Positions 8,735 through 16,852 of a stretch of DNA of 64,000 nucleotides are shown piece by piece (positions within the stretch are counted from its first letter, which is position 1; every line of letters starts with the position of its first letter). The stretch comes from an uncultured Bacteroidales bacterium (GTDB lineage Bacteria > Bacteroidota > Bacteroidia > Bacteroidales > UBA10428). The notes beneath the pieces were generated by a model that saw only the letters and a program-made list of their open reading frames with translations, ran no database searches and was not told the DNA's origin. The stretch covers positions 101,663 through 165,662 of the forward strand of contig CAZYDI010000001.1 in assembly GCA_964646255.1 (NCBI GenBank), written 5' to 3'. The translations under genes were made by a program, and so were the position numbers.

Positions 8735-9421
8735 ATGGTAAAGCACATTCTGTTTCTGCTCTTCTTTTTTGGGAATGCGGTGAGTATTCTCGCTCAAAAC
8801 GCTATTGAACGAAAGCTCGAACCATTTTCAGCACTTGAGGTAGGGGATCGTATTATCGTAAGGCTGGTAAAAGCCGATAAGGAATCTGCCTCTATCCAGG
8901 TCCAGGGTATTGATGAATCGGCGGTTAAAACGGTGATCGAAGGCAATACCCTGAAAATTAGCATATATGGCGAACCGTTTACCAAAAAGAAAGTTCTCGT
9001 TACGCTCCGTTTTGTTACGCTCACTTCTATCATGGTTTCGGGAGGTGCGGATGTCACTACAACAGGTTTGTTTAAAACCGATGACCTCAATGTTGAGCTT
9101 AAAAGCGGAGGTATGCTTTATCTTGATGCCGATATTAAGAACCTTACCGGTAAAATTGTAGAAGGCTCCATTTTAACGGCCGAAGGATATGCAACCAGCA
9201 TGAACCTGGCGGTTAACACCAGTGGCTCGCTTTCAGCCTATGAACTTGAAAGCGAAAAAGTGATCCTTAAGGTAAGTTCAGGAGGTAAAGCCAAGATTAA
9301 TGTGGAAACTGATCTGTCGGTAGATGTCAGCAGCCGTGGCTATGTTTCGTATAAGGGAAGTCCGTCCAATATCATAAAAAATGTAACCTCGGGAGGGTCG
9401 GTAAGCCCTTACACTCCCTAA
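8735..9421 (+). CDS. secreted DUF2807 / GIN-domain (putative adhesin-head beta-helix) protein
   Basis: Signal peptide MVKHILFLLFFFGNAVSILAQ. Repeated beta-helix rungs VSGGADVTTTG, KSGGMLYLDA, VSSGGKAKIN and SSRGYVSYKGSP. Confidence 0.7.
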   Translation: MVKHILFLLFFFGNAVSILAQNAIERKLEPFSALEVGDRIIVRLVKADKESASIQVQGIDESAVKTVIEGNTLKISIYGEPFTKKKVLVTLRFVTLTSIMVSGGADVTTTGLFKTDDLNVELKSGGMLYLDADIKNLTGKIVEGSILTAEGYATSMNLAVNTSGSLSAYELESEKVILKVSSGGKAKINVETDLSVDVSSRGYVSYKGSPSNIIKNVTSGGSVSPYTP

Positions 9422-9424
9422 GCT

Positions 9425-10102
9425 TTACCGGATTCCGGGCAGCATTGCCGAGGCAATGATCAGATCATTTTCATAGGTTATTTTGATGTTCTCGGCATTG
9501 CCATTTACAAGATGAATAATATTGCCATCGCTTTCAGCAACTCCTGCATCATCGGTGAATGATGAACGGTACTCCTGCTCATACGCCTTTTTTATAATAA
9601 TTGCTTTGAACACCTGCGGGGTTTGAATAAGGCGGTATTTCGAACGGTCAACCTGGACGGATGATTCATCGTTTATTAGTCGCATGGTTTCGGGTATGTC
9701 AATGCAGGGAATTGCATTACCATGCAAAAATGCTTCCTTAAAGCATCTGTCAATGGTTTCCTGGCTTACCAATGGCCTTACCCCATCGTGTATGGCCAGC
9801 AGGGCATTATCGGGTACGAGGTCAAGGTTTTTCTTTACGGAATGAAATCGTGTTTCTCCCCCACTCCTTATCTCATGCACAATCGAAAACTGGTGATTTT
9901 TGCACAGCCTTTGCCATGATGCTGTTTGATCTTCAGGCAGTACCAGTATTATCCTGATTCCCTGGTCGTACCTGAAAAATTTATCCATTGTATGCATCAA
10001 AACCGGTACGCCGTTTAAAGGAAGGAATTGTTTATGAATGTCTGAATTCATCCTTTTTCCTGAACCACCTGCAACGATCATTACTATTTTTTCCACGGGC
10101 AC
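9425..10102 (-). CDS. ispD: 2-C-methyl-D-erythritol 4-phosphate cytidylyltransferase
   Basis: IVAGGSGKRM, AIHDGVRPLV and QTPQVF motifs. GTG start at 10102; alternative ATG at 10081. Confidence 0.9.
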   Translation of the reverse strand: MPVEKIVMIVAGGSGKRMNSDIHKQFLPLNGVPVLMHTMDKFFRYDQGIRIILVLPEDQTASWQRLCKNHQFSIVHEIRSGGETRFHSVKKNLDLVPDNALLAIHDGVRPLVSQETIDRCFKEAFLHGNAIPCIDIPETMRLINDESSVQVDRSKYRLIQTPQVFKAIIIKKAYEQEYRSSFTDDAGVAESDGNIIHLVNGNAENIKITYENDLIIASAMLPGIR

Positions 10103-10152
10103 TTGTTGAATTTCTGTCTTAAATTTACAAAATACCTTTTAAAACACATCCG

Positions 10153-10824
10153 ATGATTAGCAAAGCTACATTTCAATTTTTAAAGCAACTTAAAGCAAAT
10201 AACTCCAAAGAATGGTTTGATGAAAACCGTGGCCTTTATTCAAGCCTGAGAATCGAATTTGAACACTTTGTCAACCTGGTTATTGCCGAAATATCCGGCT
10301 TTGATAAAGAAGCATCCAAAACTACGGCAAAAGCATCGATATTCCGCATCAATCGTGATATCCGGTTTTCAAACGATAAATCGCCCTATAAAACCAACTT
10401 TGGCGCTTTCATCGCCAACGGCGGACGCAAAGGAGTGAAGCCTGGTTATTATGTTCATATTGAACCCGGGGAATGCTTTTTGTCAGGAGGCATATATATG
10501 CCTTCAGCGTCCGCGCTCAAAGCTATAAGAACTGCAATAGCAGATAATTTTAATGAATTCCGGACGATCATAACCGACAAGCATTTTATCCATAATTTTG
10601 GAAAAGAATTGTGGGGAGAAAAATTAAAAACCGCACCCAAAGGATTTCCGAAGGACTTTATTGGTGTGGAATACCTTAAATACAAACATTACACGGTGTT
10701 CAAACCCGAGACCGACAAGGTGTTTATGAGTGCTGATTTTCTCAATGAAATAAGGGCGGTATTTAAAGCCCTGGAGCCATTCAATACCTTTCTGTCAAGG
10801 GCTTTGGAGGATATGGATGAATAA
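10153..10824 (+). CDS. DUF2461 (TIGR02453) family protein
   Basis: FLKQLKANNSKEWFDENRGLY and RINRDIRFSNDKSPYKTNFG signatures. Confidence 0.8.
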   Translation: MISKATFQFLKQLKANNSKEWFDENRGLYSSLRIEFEHFVNLVIAEISGFDKEASKTTAKASIFRINRDIRFSNDKSPYKTNFGAFIANGGRKGVKPGYYVHIEPGECFLSGGIYMPSASALKAIRTAIADNFNEFRTIITDKHFIHNFGKELWGEKLKTAPKGFPKDFIGVEYLKYKHYTVFKPETDKVFMSADFLNEIRAVFKALEPFNTFLSRALEDMDE

Positions 10825-10827
10825 ACT

Positions 10828-11520
10828 TTAACCCAGTTTTCTGATCTCTGCGGCCCTTAAAATCAGGTGCACAATTTCTTCTATGGTAAAGGTCATGCAA
10901 TTGATGTTTATGTCAAAACGGGTATAATCTGTATCTTTTCCCTGGAAATAGTCACGGAATTCCTTGCGCTTTTTGTCAACATCAATGGCTATCTTTTTTG
11001 CTTCCTCAACTGATATCTTAAAGTTCTCAGCAATCCTTAGTGTTCTCCATTCCATGGGCGCTTCCAGCATAATATGAAGTGACCTGGGTATGTCGTGGGT
11101 AATAGCAACTCCTCCACGCCCTACAATTATTACATGGCCTTCCGAAGCCATGTTTCGAATAACACGGGCTATGGTATTCCTGATCTTTTTTGTACTGATA
11201 TAGTATTTGCTGAATTGCGCCGAAATAATGTCATCAACCAAACCCCTGCGTTCATACTCAAATACATATTTGATCTTTTCCGGGTCAATTTCAAGGGCCT
11301 TGGCTGATTCTGCCATAATTTCCTTGGTAACGAACTTCCATTTGATCTCCTGGCCTTTTGATGTCAGCTTTCGGGTAAGCTCTTCTGCCAGCCTGCAGGC
11401 AATAATTTTGGCCGGACAGCCATATTCGCGGGAAAGGGTAATAACAGGTCCCGGATCACGAGCCTTGCCTTCCTCTTCCATTATCCTTTCGGATACATAC
11501 TTGGTGAGATCAATATGCAT
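10828..11520 (-). CDS. cytidylate kinase-like family protein
   Basis: The N-terminus VITLSREYGCPAKIIACRLAEEL resembles the Cytidylate_kin2 family start (ITISReyGSGG..), with a degenerate P-loop. A CAAATTTA box (TAAATTTG on the minus strand) lies at 11565-11572. Confidence 0.6.
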   Translation of the reverse strand: MHIDLTKYVSERIMEEEGKARDPGPVITLSREYGCPAKIIACRLAEELTRKLTSKGQEIKWKFVTKEIMAESAKALEIDPEKIKYVFEYERRGLVDDIISAQFSKYYISTKKIRNTIARVIRNMASEGHVIIVGRGGVAITHDIPRSLHIMLEAPMEWRTLRIAENFKISVEEAKKIAIDVDKKRKEFRDYFQGKDTDYTRFDININCMTFTIEEIVHLILRAAEIRKLG

Positions 11521-11638
11521 TGGTCATTTCCTTCTTTACCCTTATAAATATAATCATTTTTTTTCAAATTTAACACAGTATTCCGTAGAATTGCATTCGT
11601 AAACCATGCCATGTCACTTGCAAAAATTCTTCTATTTT

Positions 11639-11646
11639 TGTAGAAA
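11639..11646 (+). promoter_or_regulatory. -7 box TATTTTTG upstream of apt
   Basis: Exact TAnnTTTG match 14 nt upstream of ATG 11660. This supports the shorter apt start. Confidence 0.45.
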
Positions 11647-11659
11647 ATCCTTCATCATA

Positions 11660-12193
11660 ATGTTGACATCAACTTCCGTTTCAATTAAAGAAGCCATCAG
11701 GAATATTCCTGATTTTCCCATCAAAGGAATTCAGTTTAAGGACATTTCAACGGCTATTAAACAACCTCATTTATTTGGCCTGATAACCGATTCGATGTCG
11801 GCAGCTTATTCGGATAAAGGCATAACCAAAGTGGTTGCCATTGAATCGAGGGGATTCATTGTTGGAGGCGCCCTTGCCTATAAAATCGGCGCAGGTTTTG
11901 TTCCGGTGAGAAAGCCCGGAAAGCTTCCGGCTGAAACACATGCTGTTTCATATGACCTGGAATACGGTAAGGATAGCCTGGAGATTCATAAAGATGCATT
12001 GAATGAGGATGATGTGGTTTTATTGCATGATGATTTGCTTGCAACCGGAGGAACTGCCCTGGCAACTATTAAACTCCTGAAAATGTTTAATGTCAGGAAA
12101 ATATATGCCTGTTTTATTATTGAGCTGGATTTTTTGAACGGAAGGCAAAAACTATCGCCCTTCTGTGATGTTCTTGCGCTGGTTCACTTTTAA
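11660..12193 (+). CDS. apt: adenine phosphoribosyltransferase
   Basis: IPDFPIKGIQFKDIS and PRPP-binding VVLLHDDLLATGGTA. The ORF opens at 11606, but the promoter box and family N-terminus favour ATG 11660. Confidence 0.9.
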   Translation: MLTSTSVSIKEAIRNIPDFPIKGIQFKDISTAIKQPHLFGLITDSMSAAYSDKGITKVVAIESRGFIVGGALAYKIGAGFVPVRKPGKLPAETHAVSYDLEYGKDSLEIHKDALNEDDVVLLHDDLLATGGTALATIKLLKMFNVRKIYACFIIELDFLNGRQKLSPFCDVLALVHF

Positions 12194-12211
12194 AATAGCT
12201 ACGATATATAT

Positions 12212-14143
12212 ATGATTGATAAAGCTACCATAGACAAAATATTCAATGCTGCCGATATCGTTGAAGTCATCGGAGAGTTTGTCAGTCTTAAAAAAGCCGG
12301 CCAGAATTTCCGGGGCTTAAGCCCCTTTAAAAACGAAAAAACGCCTTCATTTTTCGTAAGTCCTTCCAAAGGAATTTTCAAATGCTTCAGCACAGGCAAA
12401 GGGGGCAATGTGGTTACCTTCCTTATGGAGAACGAGAAGCTGTCCTATCCGGAAGCCTTGCAATGGCTGGCTAAAAAGTATAATATACCTGTCGTTGAAA
12501 AGGAAGAAACAGCGCAGGAAATTCAACAAAAAAATGAAAGGGAAAGCCTTCTTTCGGTAACCAATTTTGCTTCCCAGTATTTTAAGGATGTGCTTAAATC
12601 GGAAGAGGGCAGGGCAGTGGGGTTAAGTTACCTTGTTGAACGAGGGTTCAGGGAAGATACCATTAGGAAATTTGAACTGGGTTATTCGCGTGATGACAGG
12701 AAAGCCTTTACCAAAACAGCCCTGAATAAGGGGTATAAGCTCGACTTTCTTGTTCGCGCCGGACTTACCATACAGCGTGATAATAACGAATTCGACCGTT
12801 TTCACAGTCGCGTGATGTTCCCTATTCACGGCCTGACCGGACAAATCCTTGGATTTGGCGGCAGAATAATGAAGTCTGATGACAAAACGGCGAAATATAT
12901 TAATTCGCCTGAGTCAGAAATTTACCATAAAAGTGATATCCTTTACGGCCTTTATTTTGCAAGGCAGTCCATCCTTAAAAATGATAAATGCTTCCTGGTC
13001 GAAGGATATACTGATGTTATTTCAATGCACCAGTGCGGCATCGACAATGTAGTGTCCTCTTCAGGCACGTCGCTTACCACCAGCCAGATTAAACTGATAA
13101 AAAGGTTCACACACAATATTACGGTCCTCTACGATGGTGATGAGGCCGGAATAAAGGCATCACTCAGGGGAATTGATTTGCTGCTCGAGGAAGGCTTAAA
13201 CGTAAGGGTTGTATTGCTTCCGGATGGAGAGGATCCCGACTCCTTTGCACGCAAGAACAATACATCGGCCTTCAATGACTTTATATCTTCAAATGAAAAT
13301 GACTTCATCTCTTTCAAGACAACACTGCTTCGCAAGGATGCAGAAAAGGATCCCCTGAAAAAAGCTTCTCTTATAACCGAAATTGTCAGAAGTATTTCCG
13401 TAATTCCTGAAAGTATCGTACGATCGGTATACATCCGCGAATGCAGCAAAATCCTCGATGTGGAAGAGAAAATCCTGTATTCCGAAACGGCCCGGCTCAG
13501 AAAGAACAAATTTGAACAAAAAGTTAAGCAATCGAATTTCCGGGAATACACGCCTGAATCCGAAACTACCTCGCTGCCTTATGAATCGCTATCCGAAAAA
13601 TACGTTGCTGAAAAGGAAGTTATACGGTTGCTCCTGCTGTATGCTGATCAGCAGTTTTTGATTGACCCGGTTAATGAACTCTATGTTTCTGTTGCTGATT
13701 ACCTCATTGGCGAAATACAGAAAGATGAACTGGAATTTCACCATCCTGTCTATACGCTCATATTTGCCGAAATGCTTTCTATGCATCAGCAACAAAATAC
13801 CATTTCGGAACAGGCTTTTATTAACCACCCCCGTGAACTTATCGCCAAAACGGTTATCGACCTCATAACATCGGCCTATGATCTCAGCAAAATATGGAAA
13901 AGATATGAGAATTATTTCGAAACGGAAGAACTCCGGCTCAGAGAAATAGTACCTGAAGCCCTTCTGGCTTTTAAAAATGAAAAAGTATTGAAACTTATCA
14001 GGGAAACCGAAAATGACCTCAGGAATGCCCAGGAACAAAAAAATGAAGAACGAATGCAGGCGCTTCAGGTTAAATTTATCGTACTTAATAATTTAAAAAT
14101 TGTGTTGTCAAAAGGTTTAGGAGACAGGACAATTGTAAACTGA
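12212..14143 (+). CDS. dnaG: DNA primase
   Basis: Primase core RVMFPIHGLTGQILGFGGR. TOPRIM motifs LVEGYTDVISM and VLYDGDEAG. The N-terminal zinc-ribbon region is present but its ligand residues are degenerate (see findings). Confidence 0.9.
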   Translation: MIDKATIDKIFNAADIVEVIGEFVSLKKAGQNFRGLSPFKNEKTPSFFVSPSKGIFKCFSTGKGGNVVTFLMENEKLSYPEALQWLAKKYNIPVVEKEETAQEIQQKNERESLLSVTNFASQYFKDVLKSEEGRAVGLSYLVERGFREDTIRKFELGYSRDDRKAFTKTALNKGYKLDFLVRAGLTIQRDNNEFDRFHSRVMFPIHGLTGQILGFGGRIMKSDDKTAKYINSPESEIYHKSDILYGLYFARQSILKNDKCFLVEGYTDVISMHQCGIDNVVSSSGTSLTTSQIKLIKRFTHNITVLYDGDEAGIKASLRGIDLLLEEGLNVRVVLLPDGEDPDSFARKNNTSAFNDFISSNENDFISFKTTLLRKDAEKDPLKKASLITEIVRSISVIPESIVRSVYIRECSKILDVEEKILYSETARLRKNKFEQKVKQSNFREYTPESETTSLPYESLSEKYVAEKEVIRLLLLYADQQFLIDPVNELYVSVADYLIGEIQKDELEFHHPVYTLIFAEMLSMHQQQNTISEQAFINHPRELIAKTVIDLITSAYDLSKIWKRYENYFETEELRLREIVPEALLAFKNEKVLKLIRETENDLRNAQEQKNEERMQALQVKFIVLNNLKIVLSKGLGDRTIVN

Positions 14144-14154
14144 CCCTAATAATC

Positions 14155-14559
14155 ATGTATACGTTCCCCTTTAATTTTTTTCGCTACAGTAAAACAGCCG
14201 TTATCGGCACCCTAATTCTCGTTCTGTGTTTGCTGCCATCATCGGAATTTAACCAATTGCAAATGCCCATTACATTTGCTGATTCCATCGTTCATTTTAT
14301 TATGTTCTTTGCCTTTTCCGGAGCGCTTTACCTTGACCTCACCAGGCAAAAGAAAATAACACTGAATACGTTGTTCCTGTTTTTAATTGTTTTCGGGGTC
14401 AGCTTTTTTCTGGCTGCATTGACAGAAATTCTGCAGTCTGTATTTGTTCCGCTTCACCGTGAAGGAAGTTTTTCCGATCTGGGCTTTGATGTTTTGGGAA
14501 CGATAGCGGGTTTTTTTACCATAAGGGCTATAAAGCGAAAATTTCGCCCTGGGCTTTAA
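14155..14559 (+). CDS. VanZ-like membrane protein
   Basis: 134 aa with four predicted TM helices. Size and topology fit the VanZ family. Lies 11 nt downstream of dnaG. Confidence 0.6.
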   Translation: MYTFPFNFFRYSKTAVIGTLILVLCLLPSSEFNQLQMPITFADSIVHFIMFFAFSGALYLDLTRQKKITLNTLFLFLIVFGVSFFLAALTEILQSVFVPLHREGSFSDLGFDVLGTIAGFFTIRAIKRKFRPGL

Positions 14560-14962
14560 TGTCATTGGCCAGGCTTCCCAGGTCCTGTTGGCTGAACAAT
14601 TCTCTTATTTGTGTTCTATACTGCTGGTATTTATAATGCATGGGGCAGGGGATGTTCTCCTCATTGCACCTTCGCAATGAAATCAGGCATTGATCGAACA
14701 AGTCGTTACCATCAATTACCGTTACAATTTCATAAAGGGTAATTTTTCCTGCATCCCGTCCCAGTGAAAATCCTCCGTTAGGGCCCTTTGATGATTTCAG
14801 CAGTTTATGCCTTGCAAGTATCTGCATTATTTTGGCAAGGAAAGGCGCAGGGATATCGAGTTCGGCGGAAATTTTTTTTATACCAGTCTTTTGGGCATTG
14901 CCTTCATTAATGGCAAGATAAATCATAGCCCTTATGGCATATTTACTGGTATTTGATAACAT
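14528..14962 (-). CDS. Rrf2-family transcriptional regulator (probable Fe-S type)
   Basis: wHTH YAIRAMIYLA..ISAELDIPAPFLAKIMQIL. Cys triad C-x6-C-x6-C (DQCLISLRRCNEENIPCP). Lies 2 nt downstream of rpiB. Confidence 0.85.
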   Translation of the reverse strand: MLSNTSKYAIRAMIYLAINEGNAQKTGIKKISAELDIPAPFLAKIMQILARHKLLKSSKGPNGGFSLGRDAGKITLYEIVTVIDGNDLFDQCLISLRRCNEENIPCPMHYKYQQYRTQIRELFSQQDLGSLANDIKAQGEIFAL

Positions 14963-14964
14963 TG

Positions 14965-15408
14965 TCAGAGCGGTATTTTATCAATCCTTCGCTGATGTCT
15001 GCCCCCTTCAAATGCTGAATCAAGAAATATATCCACAATGCTCCTGGCTTCATCGAATGATATGAACCTGGCCGGAATAGCACAAATATTGGCATCGTTA
15101 TGCGCCCTTGCCAACCGGGATATTTCTGCGTTCCAGCACAACGCTGATCGTATTTCAGGATGTTTGTTGGCAGTCATATTAATTCCATTGCCGCTACCGC
15201 ACAATGAGATACCGTAAATAGACGCTTTTGAAGCAATATGGTTGGCCAGTAAATGTCCAAAATCAGCATAATCGGAAGATTCCGCACTATAACAACCAAG
15301 GTCAGTAATTTCGTGACCCTCGCTTTTCAGATAATCCATCAGTTTAACCTTCATTTCAAATCCGGCATGGTCACAAGCAAAAGCAATTTTCATATCGTAC
15401 CAGTTCAA
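14965..15408 (-). CDS. rpiB: ribose 5-phosphate isomerase B
   Basis: KIAFACDHAGFEMK and LCGSGNGINM motifs of the RpiB/LacAB family. Confidence 0.9.
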   Translation of the reverse strand: MNWYDMKIAFACDHAGFEMKVKLMDYLKSEGHEITDLGCYSAESSDYADFGHLLANHIASKASIYGISLCGSGNGINMTANKHPEIRSALCWNAEISRLARAHNDANICAIPARFISFDEARSIVDIFLDSAFEGGRHQRRIDKIPL

Positions 15409-15426
15409 TTACACCGCAAATATATG

Positions 15427-15434
15427 AATTTTGC
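15427..15434 (-). promoter_or_regulatory. -7 box TATATTTG (minus strand) for rpiB-rrf2
   Basis: Plus-strand CAAATATA is the reverse complement of TATATTTG. It lies about 19 nt upstream of the rpiB ATG (15408). Confidence 0.45.
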
Positions 15435-15655
15435 TGGTTTACACCGACAAAGCCTACAAAAAAAGACCATGAAGTCTGCTATAGGCCTTTGTTAAATGTG
15501 GTGTTCGTAAGGGGTGAAAAATTGTTAAAAATTATTTTTAATGGCAGGATTTTTGAACTTCTCCCATTAAATCATTTCGTATCGATGACTTATTATGATT
15601 TTTTTACAAATTTCTAACAAGATTAAAACTATATTGAGGTGTGTTGAATTCTCCT

Positions 15656-15663
15656 TAATTTTG
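15656..15663 (+). promoter_or_regulatory. -7 box TAATTTTG in the nadA upstream region
   Basis: Exact TAnnTTTG match 184 nt upstream of the nadA ATG, immediately followed by the inverted repeat at 15675-15695. Confidence 0.4.
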
Positions 15664-15674
15664 CACAGGAAAGG

Positions 15675-15695
15675 TTATTAACAATTGGTTAATAA
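15675..15695. promoter_or_regulatory. operator-like inverted repeat TTATTAAC-N5-GTTAATAA
   Basis: Perfect 8-bp arms separated by 5 bp, starting 12 nt downstream of the -7 box. That places it over the predicted transcription start. Confidence 0.35.
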
Positions 15696-15846
15696 AAGTG
15701 AAAAGTACTTATTATCAGAAATTAAATATGAGCACAGGCTGTTATTTATGGTTGATAAGATCAGAAATCTGAAAATAACAAGGGAAGGACTTTTGATTTT
15801 TTAACACTATTAACAGCCTATTATCATCATCATAAAATATTTTAAA

Positions 15847-16851
15847 ATGAATAATATAAATAATAATAATGATTTGTTAATTAAAGGATATGTTGATGCC
15901 GAAATTGAAAAAGACATTGATATACAAAATGAAATTAACAAGCTAAAGAAAGAGAAAAATGCTGTAATCCTGGCCCATTATTACCAGGAGCCTCAAATAC
16001 AGGATATTGCCGATTTTGTTGGCGACAGTCTGTATTTGTCCCAACAGGCGGCAAAGAACAAAGCAAAGATTATAGTATTTGCCGGAGTCCATTTTATGGC
16101 AGAAACAGCAAAAATTCTTAGTCCCTCCAGCCGGGTACTTATTCCTGACCTCTTTGCCGGCTGCTCTCTCGCCGATTCATGCAAAGCAGAGGACTTTAAG
16201 CCTTTCCTGGAGCAATATCCGAATCATACGGTGGTTAGTTACATTAATACTTCAGCCGAAATAAAAGCCTTGTCAGATATAATCTGTACATCATCCAATG
16301 CGGTAGCGATAATTAAAAGTATTCCGGAAGAGCAAAAAATTGTCTTTGCACCGGACAGAAACCTTGGAAACTATATCAGGGAAATTACAGAACGTGATAT
16401 GGTAATCTGGAACGGAGCCTGTCATGTTCACGAAGAGTTTTCGCTGGAGCGTATACTTGAGCTGAAAAAGAGTTATCCCGAAGCAAAAATTATCGCTCAT
16501 CCCGAATGTGTTAAACCGGTTCTCATTGTTGCTGATTTTATAGGATCTACTTCTGCTTTATTGAAATTTACGCAAACAGACAATGCAGAAACGTACATCG
16601 TTGCCACAGAGTCGGGAATCCTTCATCAGATGCGCAAGGCAAATCCTTTAAAAAACTATATTGCAGCACCGCCTAAGGATTCATCATGCGGTTGCAGCGA
16701 TTGCGTTTTTATGAAATTAAATACAATGAATAAACTGTATAATTGTCTTAAATTTGAAAGACCTGAAGTGTTTGTAGAGGAAAATCTTAGAAAGAAGGCC
16801 GAGCAATCTATTGTTAGAATGCTTGAAATATCTGAAAATCTTGGTCTGTAA
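15847..16851 (+). CDS. nadA: quinolinate synthase
   Basis: AVILAHYYQ, DFVGDS, FAGVHFMAETAKIL and IIAHPEC motifs. Asn-rich N-terminal extension MNNINNNND. Confidence 0.92.
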   Translation: MNNINNNNDLLIKGYVDAEIEKDIDIQNEINKLKKEKNAVILAHYYQEPQIQDIADFVGDSLYLSQQAAKNKAKIIVFAGVHFMAETAKILSPSSRVLIPDLFAGCSLADSCKAEDFKPFLEQYPNHTVVSYINTSAEIKALSDIICTSSNAVAIIKSIPEEQKIVFAPDRNLGNYIREITERDMVIWNGACHVHEEFSLERILELKKSYPEAKIIAHPECVKPVLIVADFIGSTSALLKFTQTDNAETYIVATESGILHQMRKANPLKNYIAAPPKDSSCGCSDCVFMKLNTMNKLYNCLKFERPEVFVEENLRKKAEQSIVRMLEISENLGL

Positions 16852-16852
16852 T

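Noticed and set aside
15535-15551. A 17-bp A/T-only palindrome, TTAAAAAT-T-ATTTTTAA, in the nadA upstream region.
   Set aside because: Pure A/T palindromes of this size are expected by chance in a 438-nt stretch that is very AT-rich. It is not positioned relative to any promoter box.
15847-15873. An AAT-rich repeat at the start of nadA (MNNINNNND), considered as a possible slippage tract.
   Set aside because: The repeat is interrupted (AAT AAT ATA AAT AAT AAT AAT GAT), short and in frame. It is most simply a low-complexity N-terminal extension, or the true start lies slightly downstream.
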